From positions 5,208,001-5,272,000 of the forward strand of contig OZ024762.1 in NCBI GenBank assembly GCA_964016885.1: 64,000 nucleotides of DNA, read 5' to 3'. A program made the position numbers and the translations under genes. This document shows, piece after piece, positions 51,724 through 64,000 of this stretch (within the stretch, counting starts at the first letter, position 1; each line of letters starts with the position of its first letter). This DNA is from Eledone cirrhosa. Lineage: Eukaryota. Under the pieces are notes generated by a model, which made no database searches, was not told where the DNA came from, and worked only from the letters and a program-made list of their open reading frames with translations.

Positions 51724-52479
51724 AGTGGAAATCTGAAATTAAAGAGAACAGAGAATTGTGAATATAAGAACTGAAAAACTAAAAGTAAATGAAGACAATA
51801 TAATGTTTGAGAAGAATGGATGAGCATATGACCTCTCTGGTGTTGGTACCACAATAAAATATACCCAGTACACTCTGTAAAGTGGCAGTGCTGGGGTACC
51901 ACAATGAAATATACCCAGTACACTCTGTAAAGTGGTAGTGCTGGTACCACAATAAAATATACCCAGTACATGTTTTTTTTATCCATGGACTACCTCTACC
52001 ACTTTACAAAGCTCACTGGAATATATGTATGTTCGGCTATCTCTCTACATCTGTGTGCCAAATACTCACACACATATATGTGTGTATTTCTAAAACACGT
52101 TATTTTCGACTGATTTGGAGATCGGATTCGTCGAAAACTCACGAAAAACCCTAGGAAATAGAACAATTTCCAGTCAAATGACTGAGTGGTGTTTTGAAGA
52201 TTTACTCATAGGTTTCACAAGTGTTTTTACCAAAATGAAATGCATAGCTCACACCTATGTTGGTTTGTCTGGGATCCTACAAGGCTGTATGTCACAGTTG
52301 GGTTCTTAAGTGTTTTAATGATAGAGGCTGCAGTTTTAGTAGGAAAAACAACATAAAATGAATCATTTCGTCCAAGAACACATCACGTTGATTCCGTCCA
52401 GGAATTGAAACCACAACCTTATAATATTGAGCCCATTATCTTGACCTGTGAATGAATAGGGGGAGAGTGTTGATCAGGT

Positions 52480-52812
52480 GAGCATGATGGGGGAGAGAGT
52501 TGAGAAACTGTGTATAAGTGGGATAAATTGTAGTGTGCTGGAGAGAAGACTGCGTTGGTATGGACATGTGGTGTGCATGGAGGATCACCGCTGGGTGAAG
52601 AAGTGCCAAGAAATCCCAGTGGAAGGAAGACGCAGTGGAGGAAGACCACGAAAAACATGGGCGGAGGTGGTGAGAGCAGACCTCAGATTGCTGAAGTTCA
52701 CAAAGGAGGTGACGAAGGGCAGTGACACGTGGAGAGATGCTGTGCTGAATAGGACCTGTCCCACCCTTGCAAGCAGGTAAAAGAGGACGTATGATGATGA
52801 TGATGATGATGA
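52480..52812 (+). mobile_element. RTE LINE 3' end with (GAT)n tail (second subfamily; also 37555-37737)
   Basis: ERRLRWYGHV...GRPRKTWAEVV. Confidence 0.85.
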
Positions 52813-53119
52813 ACAGGCAATGTAGGTGCTGCCCTCTAACACACAAAACACAGTTGACACACAAAAACACACACACACTACAGCGGGGAATGTTGGAGTT
52901 GTCCTCTATAAATCTTAGGTGGAAAATAGTTCACAGGAGCCTTCTGCCAATACAACAGGATTTTACGTAATATACTGAGACGAACAACTCGGTCTAAACG
53001 AACTACACACAATTAATAAGATTAATAAAATATGATAAACAATAACACTTTCTTTATTATGATAAACAATAACGACATGAGGAACTTTAGATATAGTGCC
53101 AAAACGTTTTTTTACTCAC

Positions 53120-53160
53120 GGCCCATTTTAGAAGTAAAACTATTTTGGCGCACTTCTCGA
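53120..53160 (-). other. Candidate CSE1L 5' leader exon (5' boundary uncertain)
   Basis: Strong donor CC/GTGAGT at 53119, YY1-like AAAATGG, local CpGs. Confidence 0.55.
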
Positions 53161-53826
53161 AAATATGTATTTATACATATCTACATAACATTTATACATA
53201 TCTATATAACACAATATAGAAATATAATTTAAATTACAGAATAATTATTTGTAGCCCTTTCTTTAGTCAATAAAATTAAGTCTTATTTTGTTTGTGTTTT
53301 TTTTTTTTGCGAAGTTTTCATTGTTAGTTTAGTTGATTCCCACTTTGACAGTTATATATAAACTTTATTACCAATTCCAATTTGTATTTTTCACATTTTG
53401 AAATAGAATTTTGCTCTTCAAGCGGCACACCGGTCTGTCATGCAGCAGAGTTTGGGACCACTGCGGCATAGTGGGAAGCCCTCTACGTAAATCAAAACCC
53501 TAAAAAGTTCAACTCTCCCCGGCCTTATACATACTTAAATTATTTTACGAATATTGTTAACTGTCATGTGTCTATCCTTCCTGTTGTTGCCGGCACAGAA
53601 CAGACCATCTCTACTTTCATAAGAATCAACTGGATTTTCTTTACATGTTAACATAAAGAGGCATTTTAAATGCGAAATTACCTTTAGATTATTGATGAGT
53701 TGTTTTTTTAGACCGAGGCTTGACATGAAGATAGACATACCTACATAAGATCAATTAGAATTCAAAAATAAGGAAGAAAAGCTGAATCAACGGAAATAGT
53801 GGAATAAATCGTTAAAAATTACTCAC

Positions 53827-53880
53827 ATGAGACAAAATACAGTTTTAAAATGGCGCCGTAAATCAGTTCGACAGAAGAGC
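53827..53880 (-). promoter_or_regulatory. Candidate first exon with TCT/TOP-like initiator and YY1 motif
   Basis: GCTCTTCT at 53880-53873, GCGCCATTTT, donor AT/GTGAGT at 53826. Confidence 0.5.
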
Positions 53881-54116
53881 TGCAATAGGGGATGTAACTC
53901 TCACTTATTACCTCTTCAAACTCGCACGTTTTATTATGTTAAAAATCTGATAATCCTCACCCAACAGCAAAGGTTAATTAAGGCCAACTAGGCGCCTTAT
54001 TCAAACTTAAAGAGTCACAGTTATCATCTAGCATAGACAATTATAATTTGATAATATAGACATAACTATAATTTGATGCTCCACCAACTATATTTCCTTT
54101 TTACTTACTTAATAAC

Positions 54117-54302
54117 TGTTTCTACTTTTGGCACAAGGCCATCAATTAACCAGTACATTACTGGTACTTTATTTTATCGACCCCCGTAAGGATGAACGGC
54201 AAAGTTAACCTCGGCGGGATTTGAACTCAGACCGCAAAGGGACGTAACTATGCTGGAAAACATGGCGTCCGACCCTCTACCGATACTGCCAATCCACCGA
54301 CC
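54117..54302 (-). mobile_element. Full-length Nin-like SINE with 18-bp TSD
   Basis: ttttacttacttaataac at 54099-54116 and 54310-54327. Confidence 0.8.
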
Positions 54303-54374
54303 GTTTTACTTTTACTTACTTAATAACGTATCTTTTTTTACATCTGTTAACAAGTTTTATTTATTACTCGGAAC

Positions 54375-55310
54375 AACCTGGCCCCTTTCAACGTTTGGTA
54401 CCTGGATGATGCCACGTTGCGCGGCCCCGTGGAGACTGTCTGTCGTGACCTGCAATCGGTGGTTCCTGTTCTGGCGAGAATCGGCCTTGAGATCAACTTG
54501 TCTAAGTCGGGGTTGGTGAATGTCAACTACGACCTAGAGGGCTTTCAATCTTCATCTCGGACGTGCTATCTATTCTCCGATAGGTGCAGGTGACCCCGAA
54601 AGGGGATGATCTCATCATCGGATCACCGATCCTCCCGCCGGCCAGGTCCAGAGAGCTCACGACCCTCACGAGTAGACTGGGCATGATTGACGCCCATCCA
54701 GCCCTCTTCCTGTTGAGAAACTGATTCGTCATGCCGAAGCTCCTCTACACATTACGTAGCGCTCCTTGCTACAGTCACGCAGTTAGTTTAGTCGACTCTT
54801 CCGGCCCTCACCCGCTGTCCTGCCGCTACAATGCCGGCCGCTTTCCACGCCATGCTGCTCTCAACGAGGTCATCAAGCATGAGTTGGATGCTGCAGGTTT
54901 TCCCTCCTAGCACAAGCTGGTATGGCTAGAAGGGACGGCAAAAGGCCAGAGAGCAAGACCATTTTCCCGTTCCACGATGGTAAACCCCTCATCTTGGATG
55001 CCACATGCAGCGACACATTCTCTTCCATCAACCTGATGCAGTCTACGACTAACCCAGGCTCTGCTGCACTTCGGGCCGAAGAGGGTAAACTCGCCAAATA
55101 TCGGTCGTTCCCCGACAGGTTTGCGGTCGAGCGCATGGCAGTAAAGACTTCTAGTGTCCTTGGTCCTAGGGCCACTTCCCTACTCCCTACCATCGGCACA
55201 GAGCTGGCTTCCCGCAGGTGTGAGCCTTGCGAGCTGGAATGACTCTTTCAACTCGTCTCCCTCACCATCCTCCAGGGAAACACTTTCTCTATTCTGTCCG
55301 CCGTGAGCGC
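54375..55310 (+). mobile_element. Decayed CRE-like non-LTR retrotransposon (RT plus restriction-like endonuclease)
   Basis: [47 protein letters not shown]...GKPLILDATCSDT; stops and frameshifts present. Confidence 0.75.
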
Positions 55311-55869
55311 AGGGTGGTGGTGCGTGCGCCCCCATTTGCTCACAATAGTGAAAGATGGAGAGAGAGGAAGAGACGAAGGAAGTGACAGTGGGAGTTTAGT
55401 TCTTTTATGTTTGGACCTGGTGTATATATATGTATAAACATTTGTGGGGTTTGGAAACTGAAGTTTTTGTGTCTATCCTTCTAAACCAGTGTTTCCCAAC
55501 ACTTGTATCCGAGTGCCAGCTGAGGAAATATGCAACGTCAGGTTTGGCGACCTTGGATGATAGACACTTTTCAATATTATGATTTATGTTTCTTATTTAC
55601 TTTTCTTAAAATTATTTTTAAAAAACAAACAAAAAAAACAAAAAAATTAAATGATTTAAAATTTAATTAATAATGTCTTTCTCACTTAATTACATTAAAA
55701 AAAATTTAAATTACATTTAAAAAAAACAAAAAACAAAATAATTTAACGCGGGCAAGTTCAAGATAACCCGCAATATAAAGTGTCTTGCTGAAGGACACAA
55801 CGCGTCGCCCGGTCTTGGAATCGAACTCGCAACCTTTAACCATTAAGCCATGCTTCATATTTTATATAT

Positions 55870-56278
55870 CTAAGTCTGAGATTCTTCCGCGCCGTTCGGT
55901 GCATCGAGCAGTAAGTACCCGCCAACGGTGACGATCAGCGGCAACTTTTTCGAGACCGTGCCAGGGGATGTTGGCTGCCATCAGGTCCTTCCGGAACGAT
56001 CGTCACCAGGTGATCCTTGGGCAACCCCGCCTCCGTTTACCGCCAGGCGGAGTCCAGTTCATCGCTGTTTTCGAATGCCGTTCATTTGGCAGACGCAGAA
56101 TATGGCGGCCAGCCAGACGGCACCGACGCTCCGTGACCACCTCTGTAGCATCCACGACTCGGCTCTCCGGTCGCGCCAGGTCACAGGAAGGATCTTTCGC
56201 AGGCACCGCTGGTTCAGCCGTCTCTCTATTTGTGCCGTACTCTTCCAGGTCTCGCTCGCATAAAGCACTGTCGGCAGC
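55870..56278 (-). mobile_element. RTE-like LINE 3' fragment (GC-rich family)
   Basis: VLPTVLYASETW...RCLRKIL and WTPPGGKRRRGCPRITW. Confidence 0.8.
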
Positions 56279-56711
56279 ACATATATATATTTAAAAAAAT
56301 TAAGAGTGAAGGTTAAAAATTCCAAGTTTATATACAAAAGTGAGAGAAGGTTTTAAAAATGCACACTAAAATAATATTTATTCGTTTCGGTAATTCATAA
56401 AAGACAAGTTATACATCTTTTATATATGTTTTTCTTTTGTCGGTTTCATTTTTAATTACGCCGCTTTTCTCCAGTTTTACCCCCAAACGATGTTGCTTAT
56501 CTTTATGTCCCATAACTTAATCGTTCGACAGTAACCGAAAACATAAATACTTGGATCAATATGATTCATGAAAGGCACGAAGGCGGCTGTGCTCCAGCAT
56601 AGCCACAGTCTGATGACTGAAACCTGAGAAAGAAATATAAAGGTATTAACCTAGCAAATACACAAATGTTTACACACACATACAGAGGACAGTATTAGAC
56701 GTTTCCTCATT

Positions 56712-56723
56712 CACTTCCGGAAG
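56712..56723. promoter_or_regulatory. ETS/GABP-type motif CACTTCCGGAAG upstream of the microprotein/NDUFB1 locus
   Basis: Palindromic CTTCCGGAAG ~40 nt upstream of the first ATG. Confidence 0.45.
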
Positions 56724-56763
56724 CCTTCAAGAGTTAAGTCCCCTGTGTAGACGAAACTTATAA

Positions 56764-56910
56764 ATGGCTGAGGAGCTGGGCAAGGTGAAAATTGTGAGGC
56801 AAATATTTCGTCGTTATAGCATTGTTATCGGTCTACCCGTATTTGTATCAGTGTGCATCTATAAGGACTACACAAGAACACGTGAATACAAACGGAAACA
56901 ACAGGGATAA
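56764..56910 (+). CDS. Putative 48-aa single-pass membrane microprotein MAEELGKVKIVRQIFRRYSIVIGLPVFVSVCIYKDYTRTREYKRKQQG
   Basis: ataaATGG start, TAA 56908-56910, basic-hydrophobic-basic profile; below the ORF-track length cutoff. Confidence 0.6.
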   Translation: MAEELGKVKIVRQIFRRYSIVIGLPVFVSVCIYKDYTRTREYKRKQQG

Positions 56911-57055
56911 TTCATCAGAGACGGCCACAGTGACCTTACGGAAGAGTGCGCTATCGACCTTAACGAGGTCGTTTTGTGTGCACTAAACTGAACTGCAAAA
57001 CTATTCTACAAAACCAAAGAGAAATCTCTGTAGTGGACTTGAACACTGATTGAAA

Positions 57056-57253
57056 ATGGCTTCATCTTCTCTAGGTTTCATGTTCCGGAAAAGGTGGTGG
57101 CCACTTTATACCCGAATGGCAGGTATTATGCTGATTTATTTCTATGGTGAATACGAAGCCCACAGGTTCGATCGGACGTATGCCTCTACGTTCAGGAACC
57201 GAAGCAAATTGTTTGGTGGCCGTGAATTACCCGAGGGTAAGGAAGCATGGTAG
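57056..57253 (+). CDS. NDUFB1: NADH dehydrogenase 1 beta subcomplex subunit 1 (MNLL)-like, 65 aa, intronless
   Basis: aaaATGG start; one hydrophobic segment, then STFRNRSKLFGGRELPEGKEAW resembling the NDUFB1 C-terminus (FRNKSMLF.REL....W); AATAAA at ~57513 and 57631. Confidence 0.8.
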   Translation: MASSSLGFMFRKRWWPLYTRMAGIMLIYFYGEYEAHRFDRTYASTFRNRSKLFGGRELPEGKEAW

Positions 57254-60200
57254 AAAACCCTGGAGAACTACGATGGGTGGTGTGGTGGAGGTTTTGTCTC
57301 CACCCCTCCCTATAGTGGATTACCAATATCGGATTTTGCTATTATGTTTATTTTCGTTATGGATGGTGATTAGAATGTTATATTTCATGTAAACTGTTCT
57401 TCTTAAAACATTTAATATAACATTTTCTTGTGTTGTTATCTTTTAATTAATCTTTTGTTGTATGTTTATAACCTGTGAAGACTTTCTATGACAACAGATC
57501 ATGATTGAAGAAAATAAAAATATCTTGTCCGATTCACCGGATTCATTTTGCATTCCCTCCGTAGGGCAGAATCTTTCTATATATATATATATATATATAT
57601 ATATGTAGGAGGTGAGTTTTATTGTAGTACAATAAAGCAATGCAGATATCGGATAAGAAGCACTCTACAGTTTGTAGGACTGGAGTATACATAATACGAC
57701 TTTTAATCATATATATATTATATATATGTTATAGAATACTATTAGCTTCTCGCTAAAACAATTTCTATACCTTTCATTTATATATATATATATGTATATA
57801 TATGAGGGGGGGGGGGTCCAACGCAAATAACCATAATAATAGTTGATCGACTATTATTATGGTGTCTTGAAATTTTCCCAGTGTGTTTATTTATCAATCA
57901 TTGTGTGTATGTGTATATGTGTATATATATCTTCCGCCCTTTGTCAGGTTTTGTCTTTTGTCCTGCAGGATGTCCAAAGTCACTCTCCTCGCCAAGTAAA
58001 CTTGGTGGGGTTGCCGGTTTCGTCGCCGACGACCGGACCATGCGACAGGTTGTACTATGTTACATGTTACCAATAGCACTCAAGAGTGACCAGACATCCA
58101 AAGTCAACGGCCATCCAAAAGTGTGTAAGTATGTATATACACATGTACATATGTGTATATGTGTATAGACATGGGCGCATGTGTATGTATATGCGCGGGG
58201 ACATAGGAAAGGACGAGCTGGACACCCGATCGCGCGTTTAAACCACTGGCAGTGAAGGACCCCTAGCCTTTGTCAGGACATTCTTCTAGGAGAAGGTAAC
58301 TCAGGAAACTGGGATAACTCCGATAAAAAAAAACCCTGCGGTTTAGTAGTTACCGATGATGTTGATCTTTTCTTCTTTTCGGGTTATATCTACTGTCGCT
58401 CAGAGAGTGGGATTGACTCAGTACACAGTCTTTCCTCACTGCACGATAGAATTAATAATTATTAATAATGGTATATCGTGCAATGGCCATACTCGATAAC
58501 GAGGGGGCATATATGTGTGTGTAGGTGTTAAATTAGACATGTCCTGGGCCAATACTGGCCGAAACCGATCAAAGTTATACAGGGTTTATCAAAGAGACTC
58601 ATATGATTTCAAAATCATGCAGTAACTTGTACAATACCTATCTGAATATAAAGGTTTATCTAAAATTCCTACAAATGCTCAATATGCCCTCCTCTGATCA
58701 TACGACATTGTCAAACTTGTGTTATACCCGTGTGATGATTCTTTTTAACACACCCTTTATATAGAGACACACATGAGACAATGAGGTAACTCTCACACTA
58801 ACGTGTGTATATATACACTGAATCGGGTGAATCAGATGAGATGCTTTCCTATCCATATTTGAAGCATTCCCAATGTTTTCTTTTCTTTTTCATATTTGAA
58901 GATGACCCCCCCCTCCCCACATGTACTCGAGTGTTCGGCAAACTGATGTAGAGAGGATGTTCATGATCTTACATATATAATGGTTTCTGATTTAGGCACA
59001 AGGCCAGCTGTTTTGTGGGAAGGGAAAGTCGATTAAATCGACTTCAGTGTATTACTGGTACATTATTTTATCGACTTGGCAGTATCGGTAGAGGGTCGGA
59101 CGCCATGCTGTGACGCAGAGTTACGGTCCTTGCCATTCTGAGTTCAAATCTCGCCGAGGTTAACTTTGCCTTTCATCCTTACAGGGTCGATAAAATAAAG
59201 TACCAGTAATGCACTGGGTAATTGCTGGCCTTGTGCCAAAAGTAGAAACAATTATTTTATCGACTACCTTATGATGAAAGGCAAGATTTGAACTCAGAAC
59301 GTAAAGGGCCGTAAGACTATGCCGTAAAGCATGTCCGACGCTCTAGCGATACTACCAATCCACCTCGATCTTACATATATCTTGCACACAATACTTTCCG
59401 ACGGATTTGGAGGTCAGATTCATTGAAAACATGAATAACCCATGGAAAAAATATTCCCACCAAAGAAACCTCCGTGGGTTTACCCCCCCCCCTCTGTTTT
59501 CTAAAAAGTGAGTCGTTCCCAACTGATTTGAGTTAGGTTCGTTGAAAACACAAAAAGGATTTCCCACTGAACGGCTGAGGTGTGCTTTTTGATAAATTTA
59601 CCTTTAATAGCCAGAAAAAAATGTTTATGGTGTGCCATATCACCACCGGGTACTGGTATCATATAACCCAGTACAAGCTGCTTCAGGGTTAGCAACTGAA
59701 CCAGCTCCTCCACCAGACCCTGGTCTGGGGTGGAGGGTAAGTTAAAGGATGGATGAACTCCTCAGAGTCAATGGCCATCCACCTTAACTATGGGTTAAAT
59801 AGCCTCACCACCTGCATTTGGCCAAGTATGGTGAGTACAGCTACATCCCTGAAGACATGACCAAAACCAAACAAACAGAAAGCAGTGGAGGTCAACTACA
59901 GGAATCTAATGCCACTATTTGAACCTTTTTCATATGAATCTGGTCAAAACTAGCTCTGGTTCTATTAAAAGAAATACATTTTAAAAGGTTCCTATTTAAA
60001 TTTTAATATCTTACAACATAATTTTATATAAAACCCATATCTCATCATCACGATTTAACATTTATTTTCCATGCTTGCACAGGTTAGATGGGCTGTCACA
60101 TGAAACAAGTTGGGTTAGTTGACCACGTTTCATACAGAACCGTTTCTAGTTTGATTTCTCCAGCTGGATGTCCTTCCTAACACCAACCACATTACAGTAT

Positions 60201-62589
60201 GAACTGGGACCTTGGTTTCTATGGCTGGATGTCCTTCCTAATACCAACCACCTTACAGGGTAGACTGGGTGTTCTTTGTCATGTCACCAGCACAACCACC
60301 TTTCTGGGTGGATTGAGTGTATTTTTATCATGTCATCAGCACAACCATCTTACAGGGCAGGACTGGGTATTTTTTGTTGTGTTACCAGCACAACCACCTT
60401 TCTGGGTGGACTGAGTGTAGTTTTATTGTGTCACCAGCACAAAGGTTAAAGTAGCCTGTTGTTGATGTCAGAAACTATGCTGAAGCCCGTCATATGTGTC
60501 TGTGTTTATTTCAATTTAATAGTAAGTGGTTCAACAAATAAAAGATTGATGAAACAAGAACAAGACTTGAGAAAAATAATATTGGGGTCAATATGATTGA
60601 ATAAATCAAGGCAGTGCCCAGCATGGCCACAGTCATCTGACTGAAACCTGCAAAAGAATAAAAGAATCTCATGCTCAGTTAATGTTTATAGTGAGATTAA
60701 GTTTGGGGTGGGGTAGACATTCTGAAACTAACCCTGGTTCTAGGATACAAAACTTTCTTTTAAAGTGTTTATATTTATCTAAAAAAATCTTCCACCATAA
60801 TTTTATGAAAGAGTGTTAAATGATATTCATCATACATCGAATAATATTTAAATAAAACCCCCCCAAAAAAGAATTAATATGAAACGGATGTAATTGTAAA
60901 AATTTACCCAGGGTATACTGTACATAGAAATAGATAACGAATACACCCCAGCTGTACTCATGTCGTTTATCAGTGTTGACTGGGGTTTGAAGAACAATGA
61001 CAAAGCATTACCACAATTTTCATCTGGATTTAAAAGTTGCTGATGGAGTTACTTCCCTTGAATACGAAGACTTAATTAATTCCTTTAGCATCAGTAATCA
61101 AAATGTTTTCTTTTTAATGGAGTACAAGTGAATCATCATCATCGTTTAACGTCCATATTCCACGCTTGCATGGGTTTGGACGGGACGATTGTATTATTTG
61201 TTTGGTACTTGTATACAGTGCCATCACTGCATTTAAGGTTGCCTATGGCACAGACCTCACAGATTAGCATTATTGAATCTTGATAAAATATTTTTCCTCT
61301 CTCTTTCATCCATGTTTTTGTGTATACACACGCACACGCGAGTGTTTATTTCTTGTAACTTGGTGGTTCGACAAAAGTAAGATTGATAAAAAAAATAAGT
61401 GCCTGTTTTGAAAATAAATAATACAGTGATCGATTAAAATAAAGGCAATACCGTTGCATGGCCATAGTCTAATGACTGAAACCAGTAAGGTGGTGCCCCA
61501 GCCTGGCTTTCGTCTAATGGCTGAAACCAGTAAGATGGTGCCCCAGCATGGCCACAGTCTGACAAACCAGTAAAAGACTAAAAGAATGCATGTTAAAAAG
61601 GACAGGTAAAATTTCTTACCTGAATCCCTTAAACTTTGTAATTCATCATCATAATCATCAATATGATTTCATGTTTTCCAGACTGGATGTCACAGTCCAA
61701 GACCAGATGGGGTAAACAACACTAGCTTGCTTATATGTTACATTTCTGACCTGGTTTCTACAGCTGGATATCTTTTGTAATACCAACCACTTTACAGAGT
61801 ATACTGGGTGCATATTATTGACACCAGCACTACCACATTATAGAGTGTACTGGGTGTATTTTATTGTAGAACCAATATTACTATCTAATGAGTGCATTTT
61901 AATGTAGAACCAGCATTACTTCTTTACAGAGTGTACTCGGTGTATTTTATCATGACACTAGCACTACCACTTTACAGAGTGCATTGGGTGTATTTTATTG
62001 AGACTAATATTTTACTTTTAACAGCATATAATAATTTAGGAAGCCATTCTTGAACAGCCCAATGACTGCATCACATTAAAAATTTAAGCCTTTGCTCTAA
62101 TACTACATATTTTGATAAGAATATGTTCACTAGTAAAGATACAATAACCATTTCAAATAATCTTGTTTTTATATAATTTCTTTTAAATCATTAAGAGTTA
62201 AAAAACACTTGAGAAACTTATGAGATATCTCTTAGAAGGCCAGCTAAACCTACCTAAGTGTGAGCTGTAACATAAGACTGGAGCCCCTATCAATAAACCT
62301 CTTATGAGATACAACCACGTAGAAGGCGAACTAAACCTGCATAAGTGTGAGCTGTAACATGATAGGACTGGAGCCGCTATCATGAAAACACCCAATATAA
62401 CCTTGTAGAAGACCAGCTAAACCTACATAGGTGTGATCTATAACATTAGACTAGGGCACTTCATCAGTAAAAGTCAAGAAACCTAAAGGAGGCCAACTAA
62501 ACCTACATCAGTATAAGCTGTAACATAAGACTACAACCCCTACCAATAAAACATCCAAGAAACCATCTACGAGATATCTCTTAGAAAGC

Positions 62590-63215
62590 CAACAAATACT
62601 ACCTCATAGGTGGCTAGCTAAAGCTACATGAGTGATAGATGTAGCAGCATAGGAGGCCAGCTAAAGCTACATGAGTGTGAGATGTAGCCACATAAGTGAC
62701 CAGCTAAAGCTACATGAGTGTGAGATGTGGCAACATAGGTGACCAGCTAAAGCTACATGGGTGTGAGATGTAGCAATATAAGTGACCGGCTAAAGCTACA
62801 TGGGTGTGAGCTGTAACAGGAGGCCAGTTAAAGCTACATGGGTGTGAGATGTAGCAATATAGGTGACCAGCTAAAGCTACATGAGTGTGATCTGTAACAT
62901 AGGAGGCCAGGTAAAGCTACATGGGTGTGAGCTGTAACATAGGTGGCCAGGTAAAGCTACATGGGTGTGAGCTGTAACAATAGGTGGCCAGGTAAAGCTA
63001 CATGGGTGTGAGATGTAACAACAGGTGGCCAGGTAAAGCTACATGGGTGTGAGCTGTAACATAGGAGGCCAGGTAAAGCTACATGGGTGTGAGATGTAAC
63101 AACAGGTGGCCAGGTAAAGCTACATGGGTGTGAGCTGTAACATAGGTGGCCAGGTAAAGCTACATGTGAGCTACAGCAACATAGGTCACCAGGTAAAGTT
63201 ACATGAATGTAAGCT
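62590..63215. repeat. ~40-bp tandem array at the end of a dispersed repeat (relatives at ~45610-45810 and ~52200-52330)
   Basis: aggtggccaggtaaagctacatgggtgtgagctgtaaca repeated ~15 times. Confidence 0.9.
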
Positions 63216-64000
63216 GTAAATTAAATTTCATTTTTTTATCATTTTATCACCCCCCTCCCGCCCACTTCCCAAAATACACAAAGAAATAAAAACAGCAAAA
63301 CAAAACAAAAAACACCTTTTGTTTAATTTATACTTTAATAAAAAATTTAATGTTTTTATGTCAAATATTTAGATTTTTTATCATTTTTCACCCCACCCCC
63401 CTTCCCATCCATTTTTTTTATTTTGCATTTGTTTTTTTAATTTTTGTCGAGTTTTTTTTAAAGTTTTTTGCCATTTTTCTCTATTTTCAAGGTAAACTTT
63501 TCTAATTTGCTTTACCTTTAATTTTTTCATGGGACTTATTTTTTTTGTTTATATATATATAATATATTATACATTGTATATTTATATATATATATGTAAT
63601 ATATATAATAATATTTATATATATATGTGTGTGTATATACATATATATGCATAATTTTTGTACATATATGTATATATAATTATTTTTTATATATATATGT
63701 ATATATATATTCAATATTTCATATTTGGTTTTATTTTCTCAATATTATAAATTAGTAAAAAAAAAATACTTCAAAATACTGTTTTTGTTTTTCTTTTATA
63801 TTATTTTTAGCTGTTTTGTCTGTGTGTGTGTCTGTTTGTCTTATGTTTGTACTGATCCCTGCAGTTCCGTTTGGTTCATTTATTTTATTATTATTATCAT
63901 TTTCTCCTCATCCCAGTTTCATGTACCCCTACCTCACGCCACTTACTGTACCCTATCTTTGTAATGTCCCCCTCAATCTTCACTGTTGCACTTGTGGCAA

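Noticed and set aside
57144-57392. Alternative-frame 82-aa ORF overlapping NDUFB1
   Set aside because: Non-ATG start, no recognisable similarity; explained by overlap and a T-rich UTR

Overview
AT-rich, repeat-dense animal DNA. The SINE/LINE/MITE content suggests a cephalopod, probably an octopod (inference). Main content: (1) a complete 26-coding-exon exportin-2 (CSE1L/CAS) gene on the minus strand, 51723->25554, 966 aa, all junctions GT-AG and in frame; (2) head-to-head with it, an intronless NDUFB1-like ORF (57056-57253) preceded by an unannotated 48-aa single-TM ORF (56764-56910), a candidate bicistronic microprotein locus; (3) in 1-23.4 kb, a cluster of a ~150-165-nt GC-rich, highly structured, Pol III-type small RNA gene (TATA at -31, A box, B box, terminal stem, cUUCGg hairpin, oligo-T terminator) in three intact copies and one pseudogene, matching no tRNA/snRNA/rRNA I recognise and with a vault-RNA-like layout; (4) two multi-kb inverted duplications, one around a palindromic 20-mer satellite and one built from an 88-bp MITE-derived satellite; (5) many RTE LINE fragments, a decayed CRE-like element, SINEs, MITEs and intronic minisatellites. 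All calls were made by eye, and repeat boundaries are approximate.
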